Shown here in pieces: positions 17,936 to 28,600 of a DNA stretch of 40,623 nt (position 1 is the stretch's first letter; each line of letters opens with the position of its first letter). The translations under genes were made by a program, and so were the position numbers. The stretch covers positions 1 through 40,623 of the forward strand of contig CAJOGF010000053.1 of NCBI GenBank assembly GCA_905233995.1, given 5' to 3'. Source of the stretch: an uncultured Bacteroidales bacterium (GTDB taxonomy: Bacteria; Bacteroidota; Bacteroidia; Bacteroidales; UBA3824). The notes below the pieces were generated by a model that was given only the letters and a program-made list of their open reading frames with translations, was not told where the DNA came from and ran no database searches.

Positions 17936-19681
17936 ATGAAAGAATTTTTTAAAATGTTCGGTGCGGTTTTGGCCGGACTTTGTGTTTGGGGGATTATATC
18001 AAGTATAGTCTCTATGTTTTTGTTTATGGTGTTTTTTTCTTCTTTGACGAGTATTTCCAAAAAAGATACAACCGTTAATGTTGAAAAACATTCCATTCTA
18101 AAACTCGACTTGTCAAAACCTATTGCTGATAGGTCAAGTACTAATTATTCAAAGATTTATGATACTTGGTCGTTTGATAATCTTAATGTTACAGGTCTTG
18201 ACGATATACAGAAAGCACTTTCAGCGGCAATGTTTGACGATAAAATTGAGGCTTTGTATGTAAATCTTTCAGAATGTTTGATTCCTGATTTTGCAACGGC
18301 TCAAGAAATTAGAAACATGCTTGTAACGTTTCAAGAAACAGGTAAGCCCGTTTATGCTTTTGCGGATAATTATGACAATATGTCGTATTATGTTGCAACG
18401 GGTTGTGAAAAAATATTTATGCAAAAATGTGGAGATTTGGTTTTGAAAGGTCTTTGCTCACAAAGTATTTATTATAAAGGTGCGTTGGACAAATTTGGAA
18501 TCAACGCTTATGTAATAAGACACGGAAAATTTAAGTCTGCGGTTGAGCCTTTTATGCAAGAAAAAATGTCAGAGGCAAATAGGCTTCAAATTAAGACTTA
18601 TCTTAATGATATTTGGAAAGTAGTTGTGGAAGAAATTTCGCATTCGAGGGAAATTGAGCCTGAGCAAATTGAAAAATATGCAGACGAACTTTCTCTTTAT
18701 AGCGATGAAAAATTATGTCAAACTTCGGGTTTGATTGATAGTATTTGTTTTGAAACTGACTTTAATACTATTCTTCAAGAGGCTGTTGGTCAGGATATTA
18801 ATAGTGAAATGAATACAATTTCCATTTCGGATTATTGTTCAATATTGGAAAGTGGTTCTGGTAAAAAAAATATAGCAATCATTTATGCAAGTGGCGAGAT
18901 AACCTCTGATGAATCCTCTTCCGAAGATGTCATAACGAGCAAAACTATGTTAAAAGCCATTAAGGAGGCTATGGACGATGATAATATAAAGGCTGTTGTC
19001 TTGAGAGTAAATTCGCCGGGTGGCTCGGCTACCGAGGCTGAAATTATTCATAACGCTCTTCTTAAACTTAAAGAAAGGAAACCATTGGTTGTAAGTATGG
19101 GAGGTTATGCGGCTTCCGGTGGGTATTATATTTCTGCTCCTGCTGACAAAATTTTTGCCGAGCCAACTACAATAACTGGTTCAATTGGCGTTTTTGGTTT
19201 AATTTTAAGTCCGGAGCAACTTCTTACAAAAACTTTAGGATTGAATATTGAGACTGTTTCAACAAACAAACATTCTTCGTTTGGAGAAAATAGTTTTTCT
19301 TTTGATAGTTATGAATTGTCAGTTTTGCAAAAATCCGTCGAAAATGTTTATTCTCTTTTTATTGAGCATGTTGCAAACGGCAGAAATATGACTGTATCTG
19401 AGGTAGATTCTATCGGACAGGGTAGGGTTTGGACAGGAGTTGCGGCAAAACAAATTGGTCTTGTTGACGAGTTAGGTGGTCTTGACGAAGCACTCAATGC
19501 TGCTGCTGAACTTTCTGATTTAAAGTCAATTAAAATAAAACAATTACCGCAAAAAGAAGATGAATTTTCAAAATTGTTTTCAGGTTTGTTGGAAATAAAA
19601 TCGTCAGAAACAAAAATTTTAAACAAAATAAAAAGACATAACGGTGTGCAGTGTTATCTTCCGCCGTCAAAAATTTATTAA
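17936..19681 (+). CDS. sppA: Signal peptide peptidase SppA (67K type)
   Basis: GKFKSAVEP, LRVNSPGGS, VSMGGYAASGGY, TITGSIGV, GQGRVWTG. Confidence 0.95.
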   Translation: MKEFFKMFGAVLAGLCVWGIISSIVSMFLFMVFFSSLTSISKKDTTVNVEKHSILKLDLSKPIADRSSTNYSKIYDTWSFDNLNVTGLDDIQKALSAAMFDDKIEALYVNLSECLIPDFATAQEIRNMLVTFQETGKPVYAFADNYDNMSYYVATGCEKIFMQKCGDLVLKGLCSQSIYYKGALDKFGINAYVIRHGKFKSAVEPFMQEKMSEANRLQIKTYLNDIWKVVVEEISHSREIEPEQIEKYADELSLYSDEKLCQTSGLIDSICFETDFNTILQEAVGQDINSEMNTISISDYCSILESGSGKKNIAIIYASGEITSDESSSEDVITSKTMLKAIKEAMDDDNIKAVVLRVNSPGGSATEAEIIHNALLKLKERKPLVVSMGGYAASGGYYISAPADKIFAEPTTITGSIGVFGLILSPEQLLTKTLGLNIETVSTNKHSSFGENSFSFDSYELSVLQKSVENVYSLFIEHVANGRNMTVSEVDSIGQGRVWTGVAAKQIGLVDELGGLDEALNAAAELSDLKSIKIKQLPQKEDEFSKLFSGLLEIKSSETKILNKIKRHNGVQCYLPPSKIY

Positions 19682-19727
19682 AAAAAATTGATTATTTTTG
19701 CACTCTATAAGAAAAAACAATCGAATC

Positions 19728-21548
19728 ATGGATTTAAAAAGCAAAGTTAACACTACCGGACGTCTTATGGCGGCAGCACGTGGTTTGTGGCGTGCTAACG
19801 GTATGAAAGAAAAACATTTTGGAAAACCAATTATTGCTATTGCAAACTCTTTTACTCAATTTGTCCCCGGACATGTACATTTGGATGAATGTGCAAAAAT
19901 CGTAAAACAAACCGTTGAAGACCTCGGCTGTTTTGCTGCTGAGTTCAACACAATCGCTATTGATGACGGTATTGCAATGGGACACGACGGAATGTTATAT
20001 TCACTTCCTTCGCGTGAAATAATAGCCGACAGCGTAGAATATATGTGTCAGGCTCATAAGGCTGACGCTTTGGTTTGCATTTCAAACTGCGATAAAATTA
20101 CGCCCGGTATGCTTATGGCTGCAATGCGTTTGAATATTCCTACTGTGTTTGTTTCAGGAGGTCCTATGGAGGCGGGTCGTTACAAAAACGGCAAAATCGA
20201 CCTTATTGACGCTATGATTATGGGCGGCGACAACGGTGTTTCAGAAGAGGAACTTTCAAAAGTGGAAAAAATTGCTTGTCCTTCTTGCGGAAGTTGTTCT
20301 GGTATGTTCACGGCTAATTCTATGAACTGCTTAACCGAGGCTTTAGGTTTGTCGCTTCCGGGCAACGGAACAATTGTTGCAACACATAGAAATAGAGTAG
20401 AACTTTTCAAAGCGGCAGCAAAGCGTGTTGTTGAACTTGCATACAAATATTATAACGACAATGATAGTTCTATGCTTCCAAAAAGTATTGCAACTAAGGC
20501 TGCTTTCATAAATTCAATGGCTCTTGATATTGCAATGGGTGGTTCAACAAATACGGTTCTTCACCTTTTGGCGGTTGCAAAAGAGGCTGGCGTTGATTTC
20601 AAAATGAAAGATATTGACCTTCTTTCAAGACGAGTACCATGTATTTGTAAAGTTGCGCCTAATACTCATGATTATCATATTGAGGAAGTTAACCGTGCAG
20701 GTGGTGTCCTTAACATTATGGGTGAACTTGCTAAAGCAAACCTTTTGGATTTGGATTGCAAGCGTATTGACGGTTTAACTCTTGGTCAGGCTGTTAAACA
20801 ATATTCAATTCTTTCTGACAATATTCCTAATAACGTAAAAGATATTTATACTTCTGCTGCAAGTGGAGCAATTGGTCTTTTGAAGGTTGGTTGTCAGAAT
20901 GCTCGTTGGGAAAGTCTTGATACTGACCGCGAAAAAGGTTGTATCAGAGATATTCAACATGCTTACACAAAAGACGGCGGAATTGCAGTTCTTTTTGGAA
21001 ATATTGCTAAAGACGGTTGCGTTGTTAAGACGGCTGGTGTCAGCGAAAAAATATTTAAATTTTCGGGAACGGCAAAAGTTTATGATTCTCAAGAACAAGC
21101 GGTTGAGGCTATTCTTGGCGACAAAGTTCAAGCTGGCGATGTGGTGGTTATCAAATACGAAGGACCAAAAGGTGGACCGGGAATGCAAGAAATGCTTTAT
21201 CCGACTTCATATTTGAAATCCAAACATTTGGGCGAAAAATGTGCTTTGATAACCGATGGTAGATTTTCAGGTGGAACTTCGGGTTTGTCGGTTGGACATG
21301 TTAGTCCAGAGGCAGCCTCTCATGGCGAATTTGCATTGATAGAAGATGGCGATGTTATCGAATTTGACATTTTGAATCGTAGCGTTAATCTGAAAATTTC
21401 TGACCAAGAGTTGGAAAGTCGTCGCAAAAAAATGGATTCTGACCCAGAAGGTTACAAACCAAAACGCGATAGAAAAGTTTCAAAAGCGTTACAACTTTAC
21501 GCTGCACATGCTTCAAGTGCGGACAAAGGTGCTGTAAGAGAATTGTAA
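19728..21548 (+). CDS. ilvD: Dihydroxy-acid dehydratase
   Basis: [53 protein letters not shown]; ATG 19728 lies downstream of a -7 element at 19693-19700. Confidence 0.98.
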   Translation: MDLKSKVNTTGRLMAAARGLWRANGMKEKHFGKPIIAIANSFTQFVPGHVHLDECAKIVKQTVEDLGCFAAEFNTIAIDDGIAMGHDGMLYSLPSREIIADSVEYMCQAHKADALVCISNCDKITPGMLMAAMRLNIPTVFVSGGPMEAGRYKNGKIDLIDAMIMGGDNGVSEEELSKVEKIACPSCGSCSGMFTANSMNCLTEALGLSLPGNGTIVATHRNRVELFKAAAKRVVELAYKYYNDNDSSMLPKSIATKAAFINSMALDIAMGGSTNTVLHLLAVAKEAGVDFKMKDIDLLSRRVPCICKVAPNTHDYHIEEVNRAGGVLNIMGELAKANLLDLDCKRIDGLTLGQAVKQYSILSDNIPNNVKDIYTSAASGAIGLLKVGCQNARWESLDTDREKGCIRDIQHAYTKDGGIAVLFGNIAKDGCVVKTAGVSEKIFKFSGTAKVYDSQEQAVEAILGDKVQAGDVVVIKYEGPKGGPGMQEMLYPTSYLKSKHLGEKCALITDGRFSGGTSGLSVGHVSPEAASHGEFALIEDGDVIEFDILNRSVNLKISDQELESRRKKMDSDPEGYKPKRDRKVSKALQLYAAHASSADKGAVREL

Positions 21549-21570
21549 AAAAAGTCGAAATAAACTTAAA

Positions 21571-21882
21571 ATGGAAATTCGTAAACGACACTCTACAAGT
21601 ATAAACAATTTTTTTGCGGGAGCCGGCATAGCAATTGCCGTCCCGCTTGTTGTTTTTGTTTTTTATTGGTATCTGAAATTTTATCCGTCAATTGGAATCG
21701 TTGATTTGGTTTCAAAAAATCTTAAATTCAGTCAGTTGATGCAAATAATTGCGGTCTGTGCTTTACCTGACCCGTTGATATTTTATTTTTTGTCGCAAAA
21801 GCGTTTTGACAATGCTTGTAAAGGAATGTTAGCCGTTATAATATTGCTTCTTGTGATAACAATTATAACCAAGTTTGTATAA
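21571..21882 (+). CDS. Small membrane protein (about 3 TM), hypothetical
   Basis: Three hydrophobic segments; fits in an operon between ilvD and the next gene. Confidence 0.7.
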   Translation: MEIRKRHSTSINNFFAGAGIAIAVPLVVFVFYWYLKFYPSIGIVDLVSKNLKFSQLMQIIAVCALPDPLIFYFLSQKRFDNACKGMLAVIILLLVITIITKFV

Positions 21883-21887
21883 AAAAA

Positions 21888-23759
21888 ATGCTGAAGACAT
21901 TTGCTGTTATAATTTTTTGTTTTGTTCTTAATTTTTCTCTTTTGGGACAAGTTAAGGAAACTGTTTTGGATGAAAACTTTACTGATAATCTTGCAGGTTG
22001 GCCTGAAGATATAAACGATATTTATATGGCAAGTGTCAACGGTGGTGTTTATTATTTGGAGCATAAAAGAAATTTTGGCTCTAAGTCTTTTGACATTCCT
22101 TTGCAGTTATATTTAGGCACAAATTATTTTATAGAACTCAAGGGCAAAATTATTTCTGGCGATGCTACCAACGGAATGGGAATCGTTTGGGGTAAAAGTG
22201 ATAATGGGTATTTAAGTTTTGTTATCACTGGCGACGGAAAATTTTATGCTCGAAGAATAGAAAAAGGCTCTAAAGGTGAATATCTTTTGGAGCCTAAATA
22301 TTTGGAAGCCATAAAGAAAACAGGCGGAATTAATACAATTAGGGTTCAGTATTCTGAAGGCGAACTGATGTTTTTTATCAACGGAAAATATGCGGCTCAT
22401 ATTCCGTCTTTAAAATATTTTGGTGACAATGCTGGCATTATTCTTTATGGTCGTCAGAATGTTGAGGTTTATAATTTTGGTGTCTACGGAACCAAAAATT
22501 ACGAGCCTTTGGTCGGTTATAACGCCAAGATGAAATTTTCGTATTGTACCATTGACGATAATGTTAACACCGAAAATGGACTTTTTGGCAATGGAGACTC
22601 CAGAATACAACCCGGAGAGACGGTGAAACTTTCGGTTACTCTAAAAAATCATGGGTATGGAAAAAGTGGAAATTTGTTCGTAAATTTTTATGTTATAAGT
22701 GATTATATAAAAATTATGAACTCCTCTCAAGTTCAGACTTTAAACGATGTGGGCAGAAATCAATCTCAGGTTTTTGATCTTATTTTTCAAGTGTCCGCTC
22801 TTTGTAATTTGGACAATTTGAAATTCAAAATTGACTTGACTGACGATAAAGACCGTCTTGCTGAAAGTCTCACTTTTTCGATTCCAACCAGAACTTATAT
22901 TACGCCAACTAATAGAAAAGGCGATGATAGTTTTACTTTTACGCTTTCATTTCGTGAAACAGCAACCGACGATTTAAATAAAAATTTTCCGATAACAACA
23001 AATAATGGAAAAAATATTTGTGCTGTTGTTGTTGGTATTGAAAATTATCTCAACTATCCAAAAGCCGAGTATGCTTATAATGATGCTTTAATTTTTTATA
23101 ACTATTTGGTGAAAGTTGTAAATGTTCCGCGTCAAAATATCATTTATATTACCAACAAACAAGCAAATCGTTATAGGTTTTCGAGGATTTTTTCTTCTGG
23201 TGGAGAACTTAACACAATAATTGAAAACGGAGCAAGAAATATTATTTTTTATTTTTCGGGACTTGGTGTTACTTCAGCAAATATGTTGCAACCTTATATG
23301 TTGCTTTTTGATTCAGGAACTACGGAGGCTTATAAAACCTCTTATGGCGTTGTTGAATTGCTAAATAATCTAAAGGCTTTGAGGACTGGAAATCTTATTT
23401 GTTTGTTTGAAACTAATTTTGCTGGTCTTGACCGTAGCGGTAAAACAATCTTCAAAACTCCTCAACCGACAAAAAACGTTATTCGTTTTCCTGAAATATC
23501 TTCCGATGATGTTTGTATGTTTTATGCTTCAACAACTTCGCAATTTAATCCTATTGTTGAAACTTCAGCACATGGAATGTTTACAAACTATATTCTTTCG
23601 GCTCTGAAGTCATACGGAGAAGGTCGCAAAACTCTTGATATGGAAAATCTTCATGATTATGTTTATCATAAAATGACCAAACACGCCTTAGAACTTAAAA
23701 TGTTGGTTTCACCGCGAATGGATTGTAAAGGAAGGTACGATATTAAACTGTTAAAATAA
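21888..23759 (+). CDS. Exported multidomain protein: beta-sandwich + Ig-like + inactive caspase-like (C14) domain
   Basis: Signal peptide; GNGDSRIQPGETVKLSVTLKN Ig-like motif; AVVVGIENY, AYNDA, FYFSGLG and HGMFT caspase-fold motifs. Confidence 0.7.
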   Translation: MLKTFAVIIFCFVLNFSLLGQVKETVLDENFTDNLAGWPEDINDIYMASVNGGVYYLEHKRNFGSKSFDIPLQLYLGTNYFIELKGKIISGDATNGMGIVWGKSDNGYLSFVITGDGKFYARRIEKGSKGEYLLEPKYLEAIKKTGGINTIRVQYSEGELMFFINGKYAAHIPSLKYFGDNAGIILYGRQNVEVYNFGVYGTKNYEPLVGYNAKMKFSYCTIDDNVNTENGLFGNGDSRIQPGETVKLSVTLKNHGYGKSGNLFVNFYVISDYIKIMNSSQVQTLNDVGRNQSQVFDLIFQVSALCNLDNLKFKIDLTDDKDRLAESLTFSIPTRTYITPTNRKGDDSFTFTLSFRETATDDLNKNFPITTNNGKNICAVVVGIENYLNYPKAEYAYNDALIFYNYLVKVVNVPRQNIIYITNKQANRYRFSRIFSSGGELNTIIENGARNIIFYFSGLGVTSANMLQPYMLLFDSGTTEAYKTSYGVVELLNNLKALRTGNLICLFETNFAGLDRSGKTIFKTPQPTKNVIRFPEISSDDVCMFYASTTSQFNPIVETSAHGMFTNYILSALKSYGEGRKTLDMENLHDYVYHKMTKHALELKMLVSPRMDCKGRYDIKLLK

Positions 23760-23764
23760 GTAAT

Positions 23765-26077
23765 ATGAAAAAAATTGTTTCTCTTGTTCTGTTTTTTTCT
23801 TTTTTTTGTCTTGTAGTCTCGGCACAAAAAGTTGGGCTTGTTTTGAGTGGAGGAGGCGCAAAAGGTTTAGCACATATAGGTATTTTAAAGGCTTTTGAAG
23901 AAAATGAAATTCCAATTGATTATATTACAGGTACTTCTATTGGTTCAATAATTGGAGCATTGTATGCCTCTGGTTACACAACCGACGAGATGACAGAACT
24001 TTTCAATTCCGAAAGGTTTAAGGCTTGGCTTAGCGGTCAGACTGAAAAAAGTTTGAGATTTTTTTATAAGAAAGAAGACCCTTCGGCCTTGTGGTTCAAT
24101 TTGAGAATGAATGTTGATTCTATTCTAAAAATCTATTTGCCAACCAATATCATTTCGTCCTATCAGATGGATTTTGCTTTTGAAGAAATTATGGGACGTT
24201 CGGCTGCGGCTGCAAAATACAATTTTGATTCGTTGATGGTTCCTTTTCGTTGTGCAGCCTCTGATGTCTACAAAAAAAAGTCGGTAATTTTCCGGCAAGG
24301 ACATTTAAGTACAGCCGTTAGGTCGTCGATGGCGATTCCGCTTTATTTCAAACCTATGATTTATAATGGTAGTTTGTTGTTTGACGGTGGAATTTACAAT
24401 AATTGTCCAATTGACGTTATGGAAAAAGATTTTAATCCTGATGTAATAATAGGTGTTCAGGTTTCAACCAACAACGAGCAACCACAAGAAGATGACCTTG
24501 TTAGTCAAATCGAAAATATGGTTATGGACCCAAGTAATTATTATATTCCCAAGGAGAAAGGAATAATGCTTGTGCCAGATGTTTTAAATCATAGTACGTT
24601 GGATTTTGCGCCCATTGCCGAACTTATCAAGCGCGGTTATGACGAGGCTATTCTTAAAATGGATTCTATCAAGAGTCTTATTTCAAGGCGAGTAACTAAG
24701 GAGGAAATTGAGCAGAAACGTCTTAATTTCAAGTCAAAACTTCCTGAAATGATTTTTGATGAGGTAACTATCAATGGGTTAAGACATTCTCATGCGAAAT
24801 ACGTTTTGTCATCTTTTTCGGATTTCAAAAACGATACTATTGGTCTTGACGGTATGAGAAAAGAGTTCTATAAGGTTGCATCTGACAAAACGTTGGATAG
24901 AATTTATCCTACAACTACTTTCGATGAATCCTCAGGATATTATAGTCTTGACCTTGAACTTACAAAAAGTAAGTCTTTGGGCGCAAAAATTGGCGGAAAT
25001 ATTTCTACTGCAGCCAATTGTGAAGGCTTTGTTGAAGCAGAGTATTTGTTTTGTAATTATATTCCTATTTCTACCAAAGTTAATGGATATTTCGGACGGT
25101 TTTATACTTCTGGTTTGGCTCAGATGAAGGCTTTTTTTCCAAAACCGCTTTTTTCAGTAGAAGCCGCTGTCCAACTTAATCGTTACAATTATATGGAGGC
25201 AGACCCTGACGTTTTTTTTGTTGACACCAGAAGTCCTGTCTCAATAAAACATGATATGGAATATTATACTAATATTTCGGTGCCAATTATGATGGCTGGA
25301 AAATTTTCTTTTGGTTTTTCTGCGGGAAGTTTTTCAGAGCAGTATTATATGTCGCCAAACTTTACATCCTCTGACAAACTTGACAAAACAACGCTCGGAT
25401 ATTTTGGTAGTCATCTTACTTTTCAGTATCAGACATTGAATCATATAACAATGCCGGGCGATGGTATCAATTTTATTCTGAAACTAAAATATACCAAAGC
25501 CTCCGAAAAGTTTATGCCGGGTTTTGATTTCGATGGAGAAAAGTCAGATTTGAGAATAGAGCGTAGAAAATTTTACGACATTTATCTTTATTACGAAAAC
25601 TATTCATTGCGTACCAAAAATGAAAAGATTGGTTTTCCTTTGTCGTTTGAACTCAATTTGAGCAAACATGACAAATTGATGAATCCTATGGCAACTCTTT
25701 TGTCTACAAATGCTTATCGACCTACTGATTATACAAAAACCATGTTGTTTGAAGATTATAGAGCGTTGAAATATGCGGGGTCGAGCATTGGTATAATGTA
25801 TTATTTTTCTGAAGATTTTACTTTTAGATTGTCGGGTTTTGCATTTTTGCCATATCAAAAAGATTTTCTGGTTGTTAATGACACTCGTTTTGAATTGGAA
25901 AGGAAGAAGGCTTTTTCAGGGTTTAAATATTTTTTCAACGCTGCACTTTCGTATCAGACGTTAATTGGACCAATTGCGTTTACTGTCAGGTACGAGCCTG
26001 AAGGTAAGAGCCATTTTTATTATATGTTTAATATTGGTTTTATGCTTTATAATAAGAGTTGGTGGGATAGAAATTGA
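23765..26077 (+). CDS. Patatin-like phospholipase with probable C-terminal beta-barrel (PlpD-like)
   Basis: Signal peptide, LSGGGAKG, GTSIG, DGG; aromatic-rich beta-strand C-terminus (YMFNIGF). Confidence 0.9.
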   Translation: MKKIVSLVLFFSFFCLVVSAQKVGLVLSGGGAKGLAHIGILKAFEENEIPIDYITGTSIGSIIGALYASGYTTDEMTELFNSERFKAWLSGQTEKSLRFFYKKEDPSALWFNLRMNVDSILKIYLPTNIISSYQMDFAFEEIMGRSAAAAKYNFDSLMVPFRCAASDVYKKKSVIFRQGHLSTAVRSSMAIPLYFKPMIYNGSLLFDGGIYNNCPIDVMEKDFNPDVIIGVQVSTNNEQPQEDDLVSQIENMVMDPSNYYIPKEKGIMLVPDVLNHSTLDFAPIAELIKRGYDEAILKMDSIKSLISRRVTKEEIEQKRLNFKSKLPEMIFDEVTINGLRHSHAKYVLSSFSDFKNDTIGLDGMRKEFYKVASDKTLDRIYPTTTFDESSGYYSLDLELTKSKSLGAKIGGNISTAANCEGFVEAEYLFCNYIPISTKVNGYFGRFYTSGLAQMKAFFPKPLFSVEAAVQLNRYNYMEADPDVFFVDTRSPVSIKHDMEYYTNISVPIMMAGKFSFGFSAGSFSEQYYMSPNFTSSDKLDKTTLGYFGSHLTFQYQTLNHITMPGDGINFILKLKYTKASEKFMPGFDFDGEKSDLRIERRKFYDIYLYYENYSLRTKNEKIGFPLSFELNLSKHDKLMNPMATLLSTNAYRPTDYTKTMLFEDYRALKYAGSSIGIMYYFSEDFTFRLSGFAFLPYQKDFLVVNDTRFELERKKAFSGFKYFFNAALSYQTLIGPIAFTVRYEPEGKSHFYYMFNIGFMLYNKSWWDRN

Positions 26078-26161
26078 TTTCAGTCTTGAAAAAATATTTA
26101 TTGGCATATTTTTTGATAGTTTTATTGACAAAAAAAATAATTCTTAATTAACTTATTTAAA

Positions 26162-26449
26162 ATGAAAAAAATATTTCTTGTTCTTGGTATTCTGACACTT
26201 ACAGCCACTTTTAGTGCTGCGCAGAATACTGGTAAAACTACACTTCGTACCGAGCAGACTGGTAAGACCACTCTTGACAAAAACGGCAAGACTACTCTTG
26301 ATAAAAATGGTAAAACCACACTTGACAACAACGGCAAAACCACACTTGACAAAAATGGTAAAACCACTCTTGACAACAACAATAAGACTACTCTTGACAA
26401 AAATGGTAAAACAACCCTTGATAAAGGTAAAACCACACTAAAAAAGTAG
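26162..26449 (+). CDS. Small secreted repeat protein (9x KTTL, consensus DKNGKTTL)
   Basis: A-rich start region, signal peptide MKKIFLVLGILTLTATFSAAQ, 24-bp repeats varying mostly at synonymous sites. Confidence 0.8.
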   Translation: MKKIFLVLGILTLTATFSAAQNTGKTTLRTEQTGKTTLDKNGKTTLDKNGKTTLDNNGKTTLDKNGKTTLDNNNKTTLDKNGKTTLDKGKTTLKK

Positions 26450-26603
26450 AAAATTACATTGTTCTTATAATTATTTGGGTTTATTTCTTTTAACATAAAT
26501 TAGTCGTTTCTTTTAAAAAAAAATGTTGTAATTTTGCAATGAATTTGAATATTTTGCAAGAATTTTGCATTTTGTTTTTTTATCAAATTAAATATAAAAA
26601 ATA

Positions 26604-28555
26604 ATGTCTAATTTCAAACAACATTCTGTATCGCGTAAAATTACGCTTCAATTTGGTATTATATTGGCAGTTACGGGTTTTGCAATTGTGATGGCTATTT
26701 TTATAGTGAGCAATTCAAAGAGTAATGCCAATTTTTTCTTTGAGAAAGCCATGCCTATAAAGGATTTGGGCAATCTTGTTTACCAAAAAACATTGTTAGG
26801 GCTTTCTGAAGTTCAAATGTTTACAACCACTCGTAACGAAGAGCATCGAAAGGCGGCTATTGATTATTTTAAAGAATTAATGGGCTGTTTTAGTCAGATG
26901 AGAGAAAAAGTATCAGGCGAGGATGCTGTGTTAGTAGATTCAATGATTGCAAAAGCAAGTCGTTACAACAATATTGTCCACAACAATGTTATTCTTGCTG
27001 ACAAAATGATTGCTGTGCACGAAGAAATGAATAAACTCAAGAATGAGTATTTTTTTCCAAATATCGAAAAACTTCAAAACGGTGTAATTGCAAGTGCTAA
27101 CTCGTCTAATGCGAGAGAATCGGCGCAACGTCAAAAAACGATTTCAGACCTTTTACATCTTTTTTTAGAATTTCCGACCAAAGACTTATTCAGCAGGCGA
27201 TTACACGAACAAGCGAACTTGTAAGAGAAATTTCTCAATTTGCTCCACTAATTGGTCAAGGGGCAACTATGCAGGAAATGGTTGATGCAATAAAAGAATA
27301 TTCTGTAAAGACAAAGGAGTATTACGAATTAGCGGCTATTGTTGCAGAAAACAACCGCAAAGCCGCAATAGAAAGTGATGCTGTTTTGGATTTAGAGAGT
27401 AAATTCAATACCAAACATTACAACGAGGTAAACGAAATAATACTTGGACTTAACAGTAAAATGTCAACAAGTCAGAAACTTATGTTTATTTTGTTGTTGG
27501 CTGCCATTGCTGTTAGTATTGCGTTGATAATAGCGATGACACGCAATACTGTTGAGCCAATCAAAAAGGCTGTTGAAGGTATCAAAAAAATTACCGATGG
27601 CGATTTAACGGCTAAAGTTGACATCAATACTGGTGATGAATTTTCTGAAATGGCAGAGCAACTCAACACAATGAACTCTAATTTGAAGAATGTTGTAAGT
27701 AATATTACTTCAAGTTCTGAACATATCAATCAATATAGTATTGAAATGTCTCAGGCTTCGGATTTGATGAGTCAAGGAGCGGGACTTCAGTCGGCTTCTG
27801 CGCAGCAAGTGTCGGCATCGGTGGAAGAGATGAATGCTTCTATTAGTCAGAATAATCAAAATGCGCGTCAGACGGAGCAGATAGCGCAAAATGCTCTTGA
27901 CAGTATTCGTGAAAGTAGTAATGCAAGTCTGCGTTCTGTGGCTGCAATGAAAGATATTGCTAATAAGATTTCTATTATTGACGAAATTGCGTTTCAGACT
28001 AATATTTTGGCTCTTAACGCTGCTGTTGAAGCCGCTCGTGCAGGCGAACATGGCAAAGGTTTTGCCGTTGTTGCCTCTGAAGTTCGAAAACTTGCAGAAC
28101 GAAGTGCAACCGCTGCCGCTGAAATTGATAAAGTTAGTAAGGAGGGGGTTAGCATTTCGGAAGATGCGGGCAATCGTCTAAAGGATATTTTGCCAGAACT
28201 TGAGAAAACGGCAATGCTTGTTCGTGAGATTGCAGATGCAAGCGATGAACAAACCACTGGTATTGAACAAATCAGTAATGCGGTTCAGCAACTAAACGAA
28301 ATAACACAACAGTACGCTTCTTCGGCTGAGGAACTTTCTTCTTCAAGTAAGAAACTTGCTCAAGAGAGTGAAACCTTAAAGCAATCTGTTGAATATTTCA
28401 ATATTGGACAATCCACTGAAAGAACTTCGTATTCAAACGGATATATTAGTAATCAGTTGCAAAACTCTGACAATCAGAATTATAATTCTGTGTCGCAGTC
28501 AACATCACTTGCTAAATATTCTGCCGCAAAAAATAAGAAAGCAATTCAAGAATAA
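26604..28555 (+). pseudogene. Methyl-accepting chemotaxis protein split by a -1 frameshift (ORFs 26604-27224 and 27269-28555)
   Basis: TM1 and sensor start in ORF1; TM2, HAMP (GDLT...DEF) and [40 protein letters not shown] in ORF2. The -1 frame is open from about 27110, across a T7 tract at 27160-27166. Confidence 0.82.
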
Positions 28556-28557
28556 AC

Positions 28558-28598
28558 ATAAAAAAAACGGGTTTTAAATTTAACACCCGTTTTTTTAT
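28558..28598. terminator. Bidirectional intrinsic terminator
   Basis: A-run-CGGGT ... ACCCG-T-run between the convergent MCP and ilvN genes. Confidence 0.85.
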
Positions 28599-28600
28599 TT

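Noticed and set aside
26225-26445. 24-bp repeats as a CRISPR array
   Set aside because: Contiguous degenerate coding repeats with no unique spacers and no cas genes
26122-26496. 124-aa minus-strand ORF with SRVVLPFL repeats (and the 26214-26441 alternative frame)
   Set aside because: Shadow of the plus-strand repeat gene, which has a signal peptide, a proper start context and synonymous-site variation
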